57,540 nucleotides of DNA from Clostridia bacterium (GTDB lineage: Bacteria; Bacillota; Clostridia; Christensenellales; CAG-138), in contig JAFZYC010000045.1 of assembly GCA_017616435.1 (NCBI GenBank), positions 1 through 57,540 on the forward strand. The letters are read 5' to 3'. The position numbers and the translations under genes were made by a program. The notes under the pieces were generated by a model. It was not told where the DNA came from. It made no database searches and saw only the letters and a list, made by a program, of their open reading frames with translations. Shown here piece after piece: positions 57,393 through 57,540 of this stretch (its first letter is position 1; every line of letters begins with the position of its first letter).

Positions 57393-57540
57393 TCAGTTGT
57401 TCAGCAGGCGGTTATAGAGGTAGGAGATATCGACCGCGTCGGTCACGCCGCTGCCGTCGGCGTCGCCGTTCAGTATGCCCTGCGCGGTCAGCGTGCAGCT
57501 GCCTACCGTGAACGCGGAGAGCATCGTGACGTCCTCGAAA
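57393..57540 (-). CDS. C-terminal dockerin of a gene that extends beyond the window
   Basis: Minus strand reads FEDVTMLSAFTVGSCTLTAQGILNGDADGSGVTDAVDISYLYNRLLNN*. Confidence 0.8.
   Translation of the reverse strand, partial: FEDVTMLSAFTVGSCTLTAQGILNGDADGSGVTDAVDISYLYNRLLNN

Overview
This looks like DNA from a Clostridia-type Firmicute (dockerin proteins, CIRCE, TnpV/TnpW, GGAGG ribosome-binding sites). Positions 1 to about 47,112 are a mosaic genomic island. It ends at an orphan 3' half of a tRNA-Arg(ACG), an att-type duplication, after which the sequence is visibly GC-richer core genome (M28 peptidase, CotH, a dockerin cell-wall hydrolase, a PPi-type PFK, Hsp20). The island carries decayed mobilisable-transposon genes, a sigma-like/Xis/tyrosine-integrase module, an ImmA/XRE switch and several defence-like genes (RES, metallophosphoesterase-NACHT, NDT/TIR-like, AlbA_2-HATPase, HD). 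The most striking content is a set of cell-wall-hydrolase cassettes. In three of them (two NlpC/P60-like, one Amidase_6-like), the secreted hydrolase has an N-terminal domain that is also encoded next door as a stand-alone lipoprotein. In one of these, the same domain also forms the extracellular C-terminus of an ECF anti-sigma factor. Three hydrolases from two unrelated catalytic families share a C-terminal His/Cys zinc-knuckle tail. The two NlpC/P60 operons share a 43-bp promoter-like motif and a short leader ORF. My reading, which is an inference, is an antibacterial pro-toxin / prodomain-mimic immunity / sensor system. All family calls come from motif recognition by eye; no searches were run.
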